Source of the DNA: an uncultured Bdellovibrionales bacterium
GTDB lineage: Bacteria > Patescibacteriota > Minisyncoccia > Moranbacterales > DUUL01
NCBI GenBank assembly: GCA_964556685.1
Contig: CAZKWX010000005.1
Span: 1 to 55,935 of the forward strand
Direction: 5' to 3'
Length of the DNA: 55,935 bases
A program made the translations under genes and the position numbers. The notes below the pieces were generated by a model, which saw only the letters and a program-made list of their open reading frames with translations, was not told the origin of the DNA and did no database searches. Positions 8,990 to 18,414 of the stretch are shown piece by piece. Numbering within the stretch: the first letter of the stretch is position 1; each line of letters starts with the position of its first letter.

Positions 8990-11095
8990 TTATTTCTTCA
9001 GTAGTACTTTTTTGAGCTTGATGATTTCATCTCTGACCAAGGCAGCTTTTTCAAATTCCAGTTTTTTGGCTGCTTCTTTCATTTCTTTTTCTCGAAAAGT
9101 AATATATTTCTTGATTTCTTCTTGCGATTCAAACTGCATCACGGGATCTTTGGGCAGAAGATCTTCTGCCCCTACAGTTTCAAAATCAACAATTGACTTG
9201 ATCTTCTTTCTAATTGTCTGGGGAGTGATATCATGTTTCTTGTTGTATTCAATTTGTAGTTTTCTTCTTCTCTCGGTCTCATCGATGGCTCGTTTTATTG
9301 AACCGGTGATTTGATCGGCATAGAGAATCACTCGACCACTAATATTTCTCGCTGCTCGCCCAATGGTTTGAATTAACGATGTTTCTGAGCGCAAGAACCC
9401 TTCTTTGTCAGCATCCAAAATGGCCACCAATGAGACTTCAGGAAGGTCCAATCCTTCTCGAAGAAGATTGACTCCCACCAAAACATCAATCTTCCCCTTG
9501 CGCAAATTTTCCAAGATTTTAATTCGATCCAACGTGCCTACTTCACTGTGAAGATATTCTGTTTTGACTCCCGTCTCTTCTTTGAGATATTCTGAAAGAT
9601 CCTCAGCCATTTTTTTGGTCAAAGTAGTGATCAAAACTCGCTCTTTTTTGGCCACAATTTTTTCAATCTCACTGATCACATCTTTGACCTGGCTTTCACA
9701 AGGTCGAATGTTAATTTCTGGATCGACCAAGCCAGTGGGGCGAACAATTTGTTCGACAACACTGGATTCAAATCCCCCTGAAAAATTGGACTCGCTAGCT
9801 CGTCTCGATTTTTCTTCCCCCTTTTCCAAAGGGGGAAATTCATTTGACTTACTCTTTTCAACTTCCAGTTTCCGGATTCCGGATTCCGATATTTTTAATT
9901 CATATTCAGATGGTGTGGCTGACATATAGATAGCCTGGTTGATTTTTCCCTCAAATTCAGCAAATTTCAGCGGTCGATTGTCAAAAGCACTCGGCAATCT
10001 AAAGCCATAGCCCACCAAGTTTTCTTTGCGAGAATAATCTCCACCAAACATGGCTCCTAGCTGCGGAATAGTAACATGAGACTCATCAATCACCGTCAAA
10101 AAATCATCTGGGAAATAGTCAATTAATGTGTAGGGCGGTTCACCTGGCTTTCGACCGCTCAGATACAACGAATAATTCTCAATCCCGCTGACATAGCCGA
10201 TCTCCTTCATCATTTCCAAGTCATGTTTGGTTCGGCGTTGGATTCTTTCTGCTTCAACAATTTTATTTTCTTTCTTAAAAAATCTCACTTGTTTTTTCAT
10301 TTCAGCCTCGATTTGTTCAAGAGAATTTTCCATGATTGGTTCTGGCACTACGAAATGCTTGGCTGGAAAGATGGAAACTTTTTCCAAATCTTCTGAGGTC
10401 ACCTCTCCAGTCAGATGTTCATATTCATAAATCTTCTTGATCACTCCGCTTTCCATCTGCACTCGAATCACGATTTCCCGATCTGGTCGCATGATTTCAA
10501 AAGTTTCGCCTTTGGCTCGAAACTTGGCTCGCATCAAAACATCGGAGCGAGAATATTGAAGCCGGACCAATTCAGTAATCAATTCATCCCGATCAATTTT
10601 CTGTCCTTTTTCCAAATTAAACATAATGCTTTCATAGAACTCGGGAGAACCCAGACCATAGATGCAAGAAACACTAGCCACCACAATGACATCCTGACGA
10701 TCCATCAATGCCGCCGTGGCCGCATGACGTAACCGATCAATTTCTTCGTTGATTTCCAAATCTTTTTCAATGTAGACATCAGTCGAAGGCAAATAGGCTT
10801 CTGGTTGATAGTAGTCATAATAGGAAACGAAGTATTCCACTTTGTTTTTGGGGAAAAATTGACGAAATTCACTGGCCAGTTGAGCCGCCAAGGTTTTGTT
10901 ATGAGCAATCACCAGAGTTGGCTTCTGCACTTTTTCAATCATACTGGCAATGGTGAATGTCTTTCCCGATCCAGTCACACCCAAAAGCGTCTGGTGCTGT
11001 TTTCCAGATTTAATGTTATCAGCCAGCGCTCTGATCGCCTTGGGCTGATCTCCGGCTGGTTTAAATTTTGAGATAAGTTCAAATTCTTGGTTCAT
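8990..11095 (-). CDS. uvrB: excinuclease ABC subunit B
   Basis: GDQPKAI, GVTGSGKT, SYYDYYQPEAY, DESH, NLLREGLD, C-terminal UVR domain. Confidence 0.98.
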   Translation of the reverse strand: MNQEFELISKFKPAGDQPKAIRALADNIKSGKQHQTLLGVTGSGKTFTIASMIEKVQKPTLVIAHNKTLAAQLASEFRQFFPKNKVEYFVSYYDYYQPEAYLPSTDVYIEKDLEINEEIDRLRHAATAALMDRQDVIVVASVSCIYGLGSPEFYESIMFNLEKGQKIDRDELITELVRLQYSRSDVLMRAKFRAKGETFEIMRPDREIVIRVQMESGVIKKIYEYEHLTGEVTSEDLEKVSIFPAKHFVVPEPIMENSLEQIEAEMKKQVRFFKKENKIVEAERIQRRTKHDLEMMKEIGYVSGIENYSLYLSGRKPGEPPYTLIDYFPDDFLTVIDESHVTIPQLGAMFGGDYSRKENLVGYGFRLPSAFDNRPLKFAEFEGKINQAIYMSATPSEYELKISESGIRKLEVEKSKSNEFPPLEKGEEKSRRASESNFSGGFESSVVEQIVRPTGLVDPEINIRPCESQVKDVISEIEKIVAKKERVLITTLTKKMAEDLSEYLKEETGVKTEYLHSEVGTLDRIKILENLRKGKIDVLVGVNLLREGLDLPEVSLVAILDADKEGFLRSETSLIQTIGRAARNISGRVILYADQITGSIKRAIDETERRRKLQIEYNKKHDITPQTIRKKIKSIVDFETVGAEDLLPKDPVMQFESQEEIKKYITFREKEMKEAAKKLEFEKAALVRDEIIKLKKVLLKK

Positions 11096-11195
11096 AGCTT
11101 ACTTTATGTTAGAAAGAATAATCATGATAAGCAATATATATGTTCCTGCTATAATAAGCAATAAAATCTAAATATTCGAACGAAAGGAGGACATA

Positions 11196-11582
11196 ATGGA
11201 AGAAGCTAAAAATATTTGGGTGCCTGAACCAGATGATCTAGTTGCCAGATTGATTATCGGCACGTCCATATTTCGTGCAGATCTATGCTATAGAGTCAGT
11301 CCCGATAATGATCTGACTTTCAGGTGCATAGCTTCAATTGTCAGTGGAGTTGCTGGACCTGTCTCTCAAACTTTTGTTGAGACGACGTATACAATGATTA
11401 GCCGAACTACAAAAGGATTCGTCTACAGATTCGTTGCCGGCAAAGAAATGCTTACCATTTTTAAACATCTATGGGGCAATAAAAATCAGTTGTCTTGGGA
11501 TGATTGGTTTAAGAAACTGCTCAGTTCTCCTGACGAGGAAGTCCCTGCACCCATAAAACAGACAATAAGCAGCTTGATCTAA
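11196..11582 (+). CDS. hypothetical protein
   Basis: AAGGAGG SD; followed by a hairpin and T-run. Confidence 0.65.
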   Translation: MEEAKNIWVPEPDDLVARLIIGTSIFRADLCYRVSPDNDLTFRCIASIVSGVAGPVSQTFVETTYTMISRTTKGFVYRFVAGKEMLTIFKHLWGNKNQLSWDDWFKKLLSSPDEEVPAPIKQTISSLI

Positions 11583-11688
11583 GCTCAACGAGACAATATT
11601 CTTACAGTCTACGTCCTGCTTGTTCACTATCAATGTGTCAACGAGCAGGGCGTTATTTTTTTCACTTATATTATTTTAAAGAGTATCT

Positions 11689-11853
11689 TTATTTCCTCTT
11701 CCAATCCCGAATCTCAACGGCTCCCTGTCCCTTGTCTTTGACAGTCAGCTTTTGATGCTCTTTCCAACCATACTTTTCAATCATCCACTTGGGAAGAATC
11801 ACGCAGTAGCTATAGCGTGACATTCTTTGCAGTTTTCGCACACTTGGCTTCAT
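11689..11853 (-). CDS. small AbrB/MazE/SpoVT-type DNA-binding protein (54 aa, not in ORF track)
   Basis: Manual translation MKPSVRKLQRMSRYSYCVILPKWMIEKYGWKEHQKLTVKDKGQGAVEIRDWKRK fits the swapped-hairpin pattern. Confidence 0.7.
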   Translation of the reverse strand: MKPSVRKLQRMSRYSYCVILPKWMIEKYGWKEHQKLTVKDKGQGAVEIRDWKRK

Positions 11854-11864
11854 GTTTTTTTGAT

Positions 11865-11971
11865 GTCATTTCGACCGAATCCCGCTTTAGCGGGAGAAGT
11901 GGAGAAATCTCGTGCCCTGTTATAGTTCGTGAGATCTCTCGAATCCCGGGTACTCGGGATTCGAGATGACA
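11865..11971. repeat. TGTCAT...ATGACA REPIN-like element, family B
   Basis: Terminal inverted repeats with nested hairpins. Confidence 0.75.
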
Positions 11972-12096
11972 TATTTTAATGATTTAGTGGTATATACTTT
12001 AGTATATATTAAAGTATATACTATTTTCTTTCACCCTCAAATTGACCCTAAGCTCGATTTTTGCTATATTTCAGATAATTAACCAAAACAAAAAAA

Positions 12097-12456
12097 ATGA
12101 AGTTTCTTTTAAAGGTCGTGATCTTCATCGGCGGAAACGCCTTAGCTCTTTGGGTGGCAACTCGGCTGGTGGATGGTTTTGTCTTCACTGAACCGACTTT
12201 GATCAATTTCCTTAAAGTCGGCCTGGTTTTAGGGTTGGTCAATGCCATTATTAAACCCCTCATTAATCTGATCGCCCTACCATTGCGAGTCTTGACTTTG
12301 GGACTGTTTACTGTCATCATCAACATTGGATTCCTTTATTTGGTTTCCTTTTTCTTTGACTTTTTTGTCATTGAAGGGCTTTTTGCCGCTTTCTGGGCAA
12401 TCATCGTGATGAGCTTGGTCAACTTCCTAATTTCCCTATTTTTCAAGGAGGATTAG
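12097..12456 (+). CDS. phage holin family (YvlD-like, 4 TMS) membrane protein
   Basis: GLVNAIIKP..LIALP..LTLGLF..IIN motif. Confidence 0.88.
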   Translation: MKFLLKVVIFIGGNALALWVATRLVDGFVFTEPTLINFLKVGLVLGLVNAIIKPLINLIALPLRVLTLGLFTVIINIGFLYLVSFFFDFFVIEGLFAAFWAIIVMSLVNFLISLFFKED

Positions 12457-12518
12457 CCTCCTAAAGCCGCAAACTCAACTTAATTAGAATATTTCCTTGC
12501 TAGCCTCGTAATAAATTT

Positions 12519-12737
12519 ATGAACGAAATTCTTTTATATATCCAGGTTGTGCTTTCTATTCTGCTGGTTATTAGTGTTCTTCTGCAGCAACGCGGAAGCG
12601 GCCTTTCGTCTGCCTTTGGCGGTGACTTGGCTGGTTTTCACACCAAAAGAGGAATAGAAAAATTTCTAACCATCGCCTCTGCAATTCTGGGAGCGTTTTT
12701 TATTATTAATGCCTTCGTTATAATTGTCTTGTTCTAA
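12519..12737 (+). CDS. secG: preprotein translocase subunit SecG
   Basis: VLLQQRGSGLSSAFGG...RGIEKFL. Confidence 0.93.
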   Translation: MNEILLYIQVVLSILLVISVLLQQRGSGLSSAFGGDLAGFHTKRGIEKFLTIASAILGAFFIINAFVIIVLF

Positions 12738-12845
12738 AAACGATAGAGAAATGCAAATTATTGAAAGCTTGCATTTTTTTGTCAGTTTGTATTATACTGC
12801 TCACTGCTCAATCAAAATTACTTTGAATTATAAAATACTTAATTA

Positions 12846-12967
12846 TCCCTCCCCTTCGAAAGGGGTGGCTAGGAGGGGTTCGTCAGAATGTCAGGAGTCG
12901 CCAGCCATTTTGACTAACTCCCCGAGCAAAGCTCATCCGCTTCGCTCCACTCTTACCAAGAGGGGGA
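12846..12967. repeat. family A doublet
   Basis: CCCTCCCCTTCGAAAGGGG..GGAGGGGTT ... AACTCCCCGAGCAAAGCTC..CTCTTACCAAGAGGGGG; right half nearly identical to 35451-35502. Confidence 0.8.
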
Positions 12968-13013
12968 AAAGAAATGAATTTTATAATTCAAAAAAATACA
13001 TTATACACCTCTC

Positions 13014-14735
13014 ATGTCCAAACAACTTAAAATGTCTTTTTCTTCTTCTCCTTCGAAATTCAAGCACATCGGCAAGGTGCTCACCAGAAAAGAAAAGTTT
13101 TTTCTCTATTTGGCTGTTTTCGTATTTCTTGGCTCACTGATTGCTTGGGCATTTTATTTCTATTTTTCTTCCACTCAGCAAGCACCCGATTTCGGTGGTG
13201 AATACACCGAAGGCTTGGTCGGCCAACCGCTCTATGTCAATCCAATCTTGGCTCAATCTAATGAAACTGACTCAATTTTGTCGCATTTGATTTTCTCCTC
13301 TCTCATGACCTATGATCATGAAGGAAATTTGGTGGAAGACTTGACTGAAAAATATGAAATTCAAGATGAAGGAAAGCGTTATAAGTTCAAAATAAAGGAG
13401 GGGGCCAAATGGCATGACAAAACTGAATTGACTGCCAATGACATTCTGTTCACTGTCAAACTAATCCAGGACCCAGCTTTCAAAAGTCCCCTGCGTGGAG
13501 ATTGGCAGAACATTCAAGTCTCGCTGGAAGATGATTATACCGTCGCATTCGATTTGGCCGAATCTCATGCACCTTTTCTGAACAAGTTGACCTTTGGAAT
13601 TCTCCCCCAACACATCTATGAAGAAATTCCAGCCGAAAAATTTCTTTTGACTAAACTCAATCTCGAGCCAGTTGGTTCTGGCCCCTTTGAATATTCTGAG
13701 TCGAAAAAAGATTCGGAAGACAACTTGATCTCCTATCAGCTTTTGGCTAATCCGGAATATTATGATCGTCCTGCCTATTTGGAAAAAATCACGCTTAATT
13801 TCTATTCCAGTGAAGATGAACTTTTTGATGCTTATAGCAAGAAGAAGATTAATGGATTCGGCGTGCATTCCTATGAAAAGGCCAATGATTTGAGCGCCCG
13901 AAGAGACACTCGGGTTCATGCGATGCAACTTTCTCGCTATTTCGCAATATTTTTCAACCAAACTAAGTCCGTTCCACTGGCCAAAAAAGATGTTCGAGAA
14001 GCCCTTAGATATGGAACGAATCGAGAAGAAATTTTAGAGCAAGTTTTTCAAGGTTATGCTTCAGAAGAAGTTTCTCCCATGCTCAGCTCTTTTGGTCAGT
14101 TTGAATCAAAACTGACTAGAGATGACTATCCCTATGACCCAGGGAAAGCTGAAGAAATGCTTGATCAAGCTGGTTGGAAAAAGAGCGATGATGGAATCAG
14201 AAAAAAAGATGGCGAAGTTCTTGAAGTGGCTGTGGTGACCACCAAGTGGTCAGCTCTGACCAAGACAGCTGAGCTTTTGAAAAAGCAATGGGAACAAGTT
14301 GGGGTGAGACTCAACATCACCACTCTGGAACCAGTCAACTTCCAGCAGAATTTCATCAAGCCCCGGGAATATCAATCAGTTTTGTTTGGCCAAGAATATT
14401 TTGGCAATGATCCTGACCCATATTACTTTTGGCACTCGGAACACAAAAAAGATCCTGGTCGGAACATTGCTCTCTATGACAACACTGAAGTTGACAAACT
14501 CTTGGTTGATGCCCGCAAAGAACAAGACTTGGAAAAGCGCAAAGAAAAATATGCCGAGTTTGAAAAAAAGGTCACTGCTGATGCGCCCGCTATTTTTCTC
14601 TATCGACCTTATTATGTCTTCATCACTAATGCTAAAATCAAAGGCATCGACATGATTGCTGTGGTCAGCCCCGCTCATCGCTTTGCCACCGCCAAAGATT
14701 GGTTTGTAAAAACCACTCGAGTGAAAAAAGACTAG
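13014..14735 (+). CDS. peptide ABC transporter substrate-binding protein (family 5)
   Basis: GGEYTEG, WHDK..TANDILFT, PVGSGPF, LDQAGW motifs. Confidence 0.9.
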   Translation: MSKQLKMSFSSSPSKFKHIGKVLTRKEKFFLYLAVFVFLGSLIAWAFYFYFSSTQQAPDFGGEYTEGLVGQPLYVNPILAQSNETDSILSHLIFSSLMTYDHEGNLVEDLTEKYEIQDEGKRYKFKIKEGAKWHDKTELTANDILFTVKLIQDPAFKSPLRGDWQNIQVSLEDDYTVAFDLAESHAPFLNKLTFGILPQHIYEEIPAEKFLLTKLNLEPVGSGPFEYSESKKDSEDNLISYQLLANPEYYDRPAYLEKITLNFYSSEDELFDAYSKKKINGFGVHSYEKANDLSARRDTRVHAMQLSRYFAIFFNQTKSVPLAKKDVREALRYGTNREEILEQVFQGYASEEVSPMLSSFGQFESKLTRDDYPYDPGKAEEMLDQAGWKKSDDGIRKKDGEVLEVAVVTTKWSALTKTAELLKKQWEQVGVRLNITTLEPVNFQQNFIKPREYQSVLFGQEYFGNDPDPYYFWHSEHKKDPGRNIALYDNTEVDKLLVDARKEQDLEKRKEKYAEFEKKVTADAPAIFLYRPYYVFITNAKIKGIDMIAVVSPAHRFATAKDWFVKTTRVKKD

Positions 14736-14737
14736 AA

Positions 14738-14851
14738 TTTACAGATTACAGATATGTACAAATATACAGATCGAGCCATAACAAAAATTTCGAAAGTGAA
14801 TATTTGATTTTTTGAAATATCTGTATATTTGTACATATCTGTAATCTGTAA
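14738..14851. repeat. long inverted repeat of TACAGAT-type units
   Basis: TTTACAGATTACAGATATGTACAAATATACAGAT ... ATCTGTATATTTGTACATATCTGTAATCTGTAAA; related copy at ~50722-50817. Confidence 0.75.
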
Positions 14852-14861
14852 AACATAACAA

Positions 14862-15866
14862 ATGAATAATGACTTTTCTTTTGACAAGTCCAACCTCCGG
14901 GAGGTAATTTTAAAGTATCCCAACCAAACACATCTGGGACAAGGATTTGCCAAAGATATTGAAGTTCCCAAAAGAGATTATACTGAATTGATAATCTGTG
15001 GAATGGGAGGCTCTGCTGTTCCAGCCAGTGTCTTGGTTGATTTTCTCATCAATGAGGAAGGGCAATCATTTTCTTTGCCAATTTATATCTCTCGAGGATA
15101 TTCTTTGCCTCGTGCTGCTAGCAAAAATTCGCTTGTCTTTATCTCTTCCTATTCGGGTGGCACGGAAGAACCAATCGCTTGCTTTGAAGAAGCATTGAAA
15201 AAAGAAGCTGTTATTGTGGCTTTTTCTGCTGGTGGAAAAGTTGAAGAAATGGCTAAAGAAAAAGAAGTTCCTCATGTGAAATATGAAATCACTGAATATG
15301 CTAATTTTCAGCCTCGTTATGCTACAAATTACGCTTTTGCCGCTATGCATCAAGTGTTGACAAATGCTGGACTTTGTGCTAAGGTTGACCAATTCCCTAC
15401 CTTTTCACCCGAAAAACTAGAAGAAAAAGGCAAAGAACTAGCCGGAAAAATAAAAGGCAAAACACCCATTTTTTATGCTTCTGATCGCTATAAATCACTA
15501 GCGAAATTTCTTAAGATTAAAGTTAACGAAAATACAAAAACTCCTGCCTTTTGGAATTACTATCCCGAGCTTAACCACAATGAAATGGTAGGGTTCACTC
15601 TTCCTCAAGCTGACTTTTTTGTGTTAATGATGAAAGATGGATCTGAGCACCCTCAAGTAGCAAAAAGATTTGATGCTACTTCTGCTCTCTATCAGCGAAA
15701 AGGAATTGAGACAGAAATCTTTGAACTAGAGGGAAAAACTTATTTTGAAAGACTGGTTAACGGATGCATTTTAGGAGATTGGATTTCATATTATCTGGCT
15801 AAAGAATACGATCAAGATCCAACACCAGTTGACATGGTGGAGGATTTAAAAAAGCGACTGGCTTAA
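14862..15866 (+). CDS. bifunctional phosphoglucose/phosphomannose isomerase
   Basis: GMGGS, SYSGGTEE, ENTK, PELNHNE, DPTPV motifs. Confidence 0.9.
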   Translation: MNNDFSFDKSNLREVILKYPNQTHLGQGFAKDIEVPKRDYTELIICGMGGSAVPASVLVDFLINEEGQSFSLPIYISRGYSLPRAASKNSLVFISSYSGGTEEPIACFEEALKKEAVIVAFSAGGKVEEMAKEKEVPHVKYEITEYANFQPRYATNYAFAAMHQVLTNAGLCAKVDQFPTFSPEKLEEKGKELAGKIKGKTPIFYASDRYKSLAKFLKIKVNENTKTPAFWNYYPELNHNEMVGFTLPQADFFVLMMKDGSEHPQVAKRFDATSALYQRKGIETEIFELEGKTYFERLVNGCILGDWISYYLAKEYDQDPTPVDMVEDLKKRLA

Positions 15867-15947
15867 CTTCAATAATTTTTAACAAGTCTTCATCCTCCTT
15901 CGTCTCGCTTAGCGAAACTACGGAGGACAAGTTGGTAAATCAATATA

Positions 15948-16031
15948 GGGCGAGTGGTGAAATTGGTAGACACGCATGGTTCAGGGCCGTGTTCCGCTTG
16001 CGGAATGGAGGTTCAAGTCCTCTCTCGCCCA
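15948..16031 (+). tRNA. tRNA-Leu(CAG)
   Basis: GGGCGAG...CTCGCCC-A; loop TT-CAG-GG; long variable arm. Confidence 0.95.
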
Positions 16032-16254
16032 CAAGTAGGAATAGGGAGTTTTGGTTTTTGTCCCCGCCTTGGCGGGGCAACGAAAAGCAACCCCGCACTC
16101 TCGCGTAGCGAGAAGTTTGCGGGGCGAGTCTCCCCGTTCCCACAAAGATTTATTCTTTAAACTTAATAGTAAAACTGAATAATTCTTCATAATAATTATT
16201 TAATGAGTTCGAATTCGTATATTCGTATACATTTCGTAATTCGTAAAGTAAAAA

Positions 16255-17970
16255 GTGACACCAAAAAAGAAAATTAGTATTGGCGGACGTCGCACTCCAA
16301 TTAAAAAATCTCTCAGGATCATTCCTTTGGGAGGATTGGAAGAGATCGGCCGCAATATGACTGTGCTGGAATATGGCAACGACATCATCGTTGTTGATTG
16401 TGGTTTGATGTTTCCTGAAGAGGAAATGATGGGCATCGACTACATCATTCCCAACACAGAATATCTTGAGAAAAACAAGAAAAAGATCCGTGGCGTGATC
16501 ATCACTCATGGACACTTTGACCACATCGGGGCCATTCCTCACATCATTCCTCGAATTGGCAACCCACCCATCTACACCACTGAACTCACTCGAGCGATGA
16601 TCCTGAAAAGACAAGAGGATTATAAGGATCAGGCTCCTCTGAAAGTGAAGACTGTTCGAAAGATCGATCGGATTGTTTTGGGCAGCTTTAAGGTTGAGTT
16701 TTTTCATGTTAATCACTCAATCCCTGATGCCGTTGGATTGGCCATTCACACCCCAGTGGGAACTGTGCTTCACACGGGTGATTTCAAATTCGACCACTCT
16801 CCAGTGGGAGACGCTCCAGCGGACATTTCCAAAATTGCCCGTCTGGGAACTGATGGGGTTTTGGCGTTGATGTCTGACAGCACCGGCGCTGACGAAGAGG
16901 GCTATAGCATTTCCGAATCTACCATTCAGGAAAACATTGAGCAGATTTTCCTCAATGCTAAAGGAAGGATCATCACGGCCACTTTCGCCTCACTGGTGAG
17001 TCGAATTCAGCAAATTGCAGAATTGGCAGAAAAACATGGCAGGAAACTAGTGGTCGATGGCTATTCCATGAAAAATAATGTCGAGATTGCTCGTGAACTT
17101 GGTTACATCAACGCAAAAAAATCAACTTTTATTGATGTTCGCCAAGTAAACAACTATCCTGACAACAAAATAGCCGTCTTGTGCACTGGTGCTCAAGGCG
17201 AAGGCAATGCTGTGCTGATGAGAATTGTCAATGACGAGCACCGGAACATCAAAATTCACCAGGGCGACACAATTGTTTTCTCATCTTCGGTCATTCCAGG
17301 AAATGAACGTACCGTTCAAGGCCTGAAGGACACGCTCTATCGCAAGGGCGCAGAAGTCATTCACTATAAGATGATGGACATCCATGCTGGAGGTCATGGA
17401 CGAGCGGAAGATCTCAAGATGATGATCAATTTGACCCGACCAAAATTCCTCCTTCCCATTCACGGAACCTATTACATGAGAAAAATTCATGCCAAATTGG
17501 GTGAAAGTGTGGGAGTGAAAGAAAACAACATCATTATTGGCGAGAATGGCCGAGTGATTGAGTTTGACTATCGCGGTGGCGGCAAAATGATCAGCGAAAA
17601 AGTGCCCAGCTCATATGTGATGGTTGACGGTTTGGGCGTGGGAGACGTTGGCAATGTGGTTTTGCGTGACCGTCAGATGTTGGCCAAGGATGGAATGTAT
17701 ACCATTGTGGCCATCATTGACCGAAAAACAAAAAAAGTGGTCGGGGAACCACAAGTTACTTCCCGAGGCTTCATCTATGTGAAGGAAAACTTTGATCTGG
17801 TGAATGCCACTAAGAAGCGATTGAAGAAAGTTGTGGCTAAGTCGACAGGGAAAGATGCCGAGCCAAATTGGGATCATGTCAGAAACGCTATTCGCGATGA
17901 CATTGGACAATTTTTGTTCCAAAAAAGCGGTCGGAGACCAATGGTCTTACCGGTGATTATTGAGGTTTAA
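16255..17970 (+). CDS. rnj: ribonuclease J
   Basis: PLGGLEEIGRNM, THGHFDHIG, HTGDFK, HAGGH, RRPMVLPVI. Confidence 0.96.
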   Translation: MTPKKKISIGGRRTPIKKSLRIIPLGGLEEIGRNMTVLEYGNDIIVVDCGLMFPEEEMMGIDYIIPNTEYLEKNKKKIRGVIITHGHFDHIGAIPHIIPRIGNPPIYTTELTRAMILKRQEDYKDQAPLKVKTVRKIDRIVLGSFKVEFFHVNHSIPDAVGLAIHTPVGTVLHTGDFKFDHSPVGDAPADISKIARLGTDGVLALMSDSTGADEEGYSISESTIQENIEQIFLNAKGRIITATFASLVSRIQQIAELAEKHGRKLVVDGYSMKNNVEIARELGYINAKKSTFIDVRQVNNYPDNKIAVLCTGAQGEGNAVLMRIVNDEHRNIKIHQGDTIVFSSSVIPGNERTVQGLKDTLYRKGAEVIHYKMMDIHAGGHGRAEDLKMMINLTRPKFLLPIHGTYYMRKIHAKLGESVGVKENNIIIGENGRVIEFDYRGGGKMISEKVPSSYVMVDGLGVGDVGNVVLRDRQMLAKDGMYTIVAIIDRKTKKVVGEPQVTSRGFIYVKENFDLVNATKKRLKKVVAKSTGKDAEPNWDHVRNAIRDDIGQFLFQKSGRRPMVLPVIIEV

Positions 17971-17991
17971 TCTTCTTATAGCTTGTAATCC

Positions 17992-18022
17992 AAAAAAAAC
18001 AGAGCACCCTGCTCTGTTTTTT
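17992..18022 (+). terminator. intrinsic terminator
   Basis: AAAAAAACAGAGC-accct-GCTCTGTTTTTT. Confidence 0.75.
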
Positions 18023-18135
18023 GATTTGCTATCTCCTAAGGCTGTTAAACTAAAAACATATTTACTTTTCTAAGTATTGTGGTAATCTTTTTTTTAAGTA
18101 CTTATAAGGCGCTTATGGACGGAAAGGAGGCCGTT

Positions 18136-18261
18136 ATGGCCAAAAAGATGAGTCTTCATGGGAAACCGAAAAGCTGTGATAACCAGCCTAATTCAAGGGC
18201 CTGTAAAAAAATGAAAAAGAAGAACAGTAGCACTTGTCGAAACTGCAGATTTGCGAATTAA
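18136..18261 (+). CDS. small basic Cys-rich protein (41 aa)
   Basis: AAGGAGG SD; four Cys including CRNC. Confidence 0.45.
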   Translation: MAKKMSLHGKPKSCDNQPNSRACKKMKKKNSSTCRNCRFAN

Positions 18262-18414
18262 AAAGTTTTCTAAGCGCCTTTTTAAAAACAGAAGTGGGTC
18301 CGACCAAATTAGTGTCGGACCGCTTTTATTTAAAAGAAGTGCGTCTTCATAAAAAATACCGTAAAAAAATAGTATATACCATGGTATATACTACCGTACG
18401 TACGTAAAATGAAA

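Noticed and set aside
12097-12456. Holin as evidence of a prophage
   Set aside because: YvlD-like 4-TMS proteins are commonly chromosomal; no phage genes or integrase nearby
12724-13013. 138-aa ORF between secG and the SBP gene
   Set aside because: Translation of a family A repeat overlapping real genes
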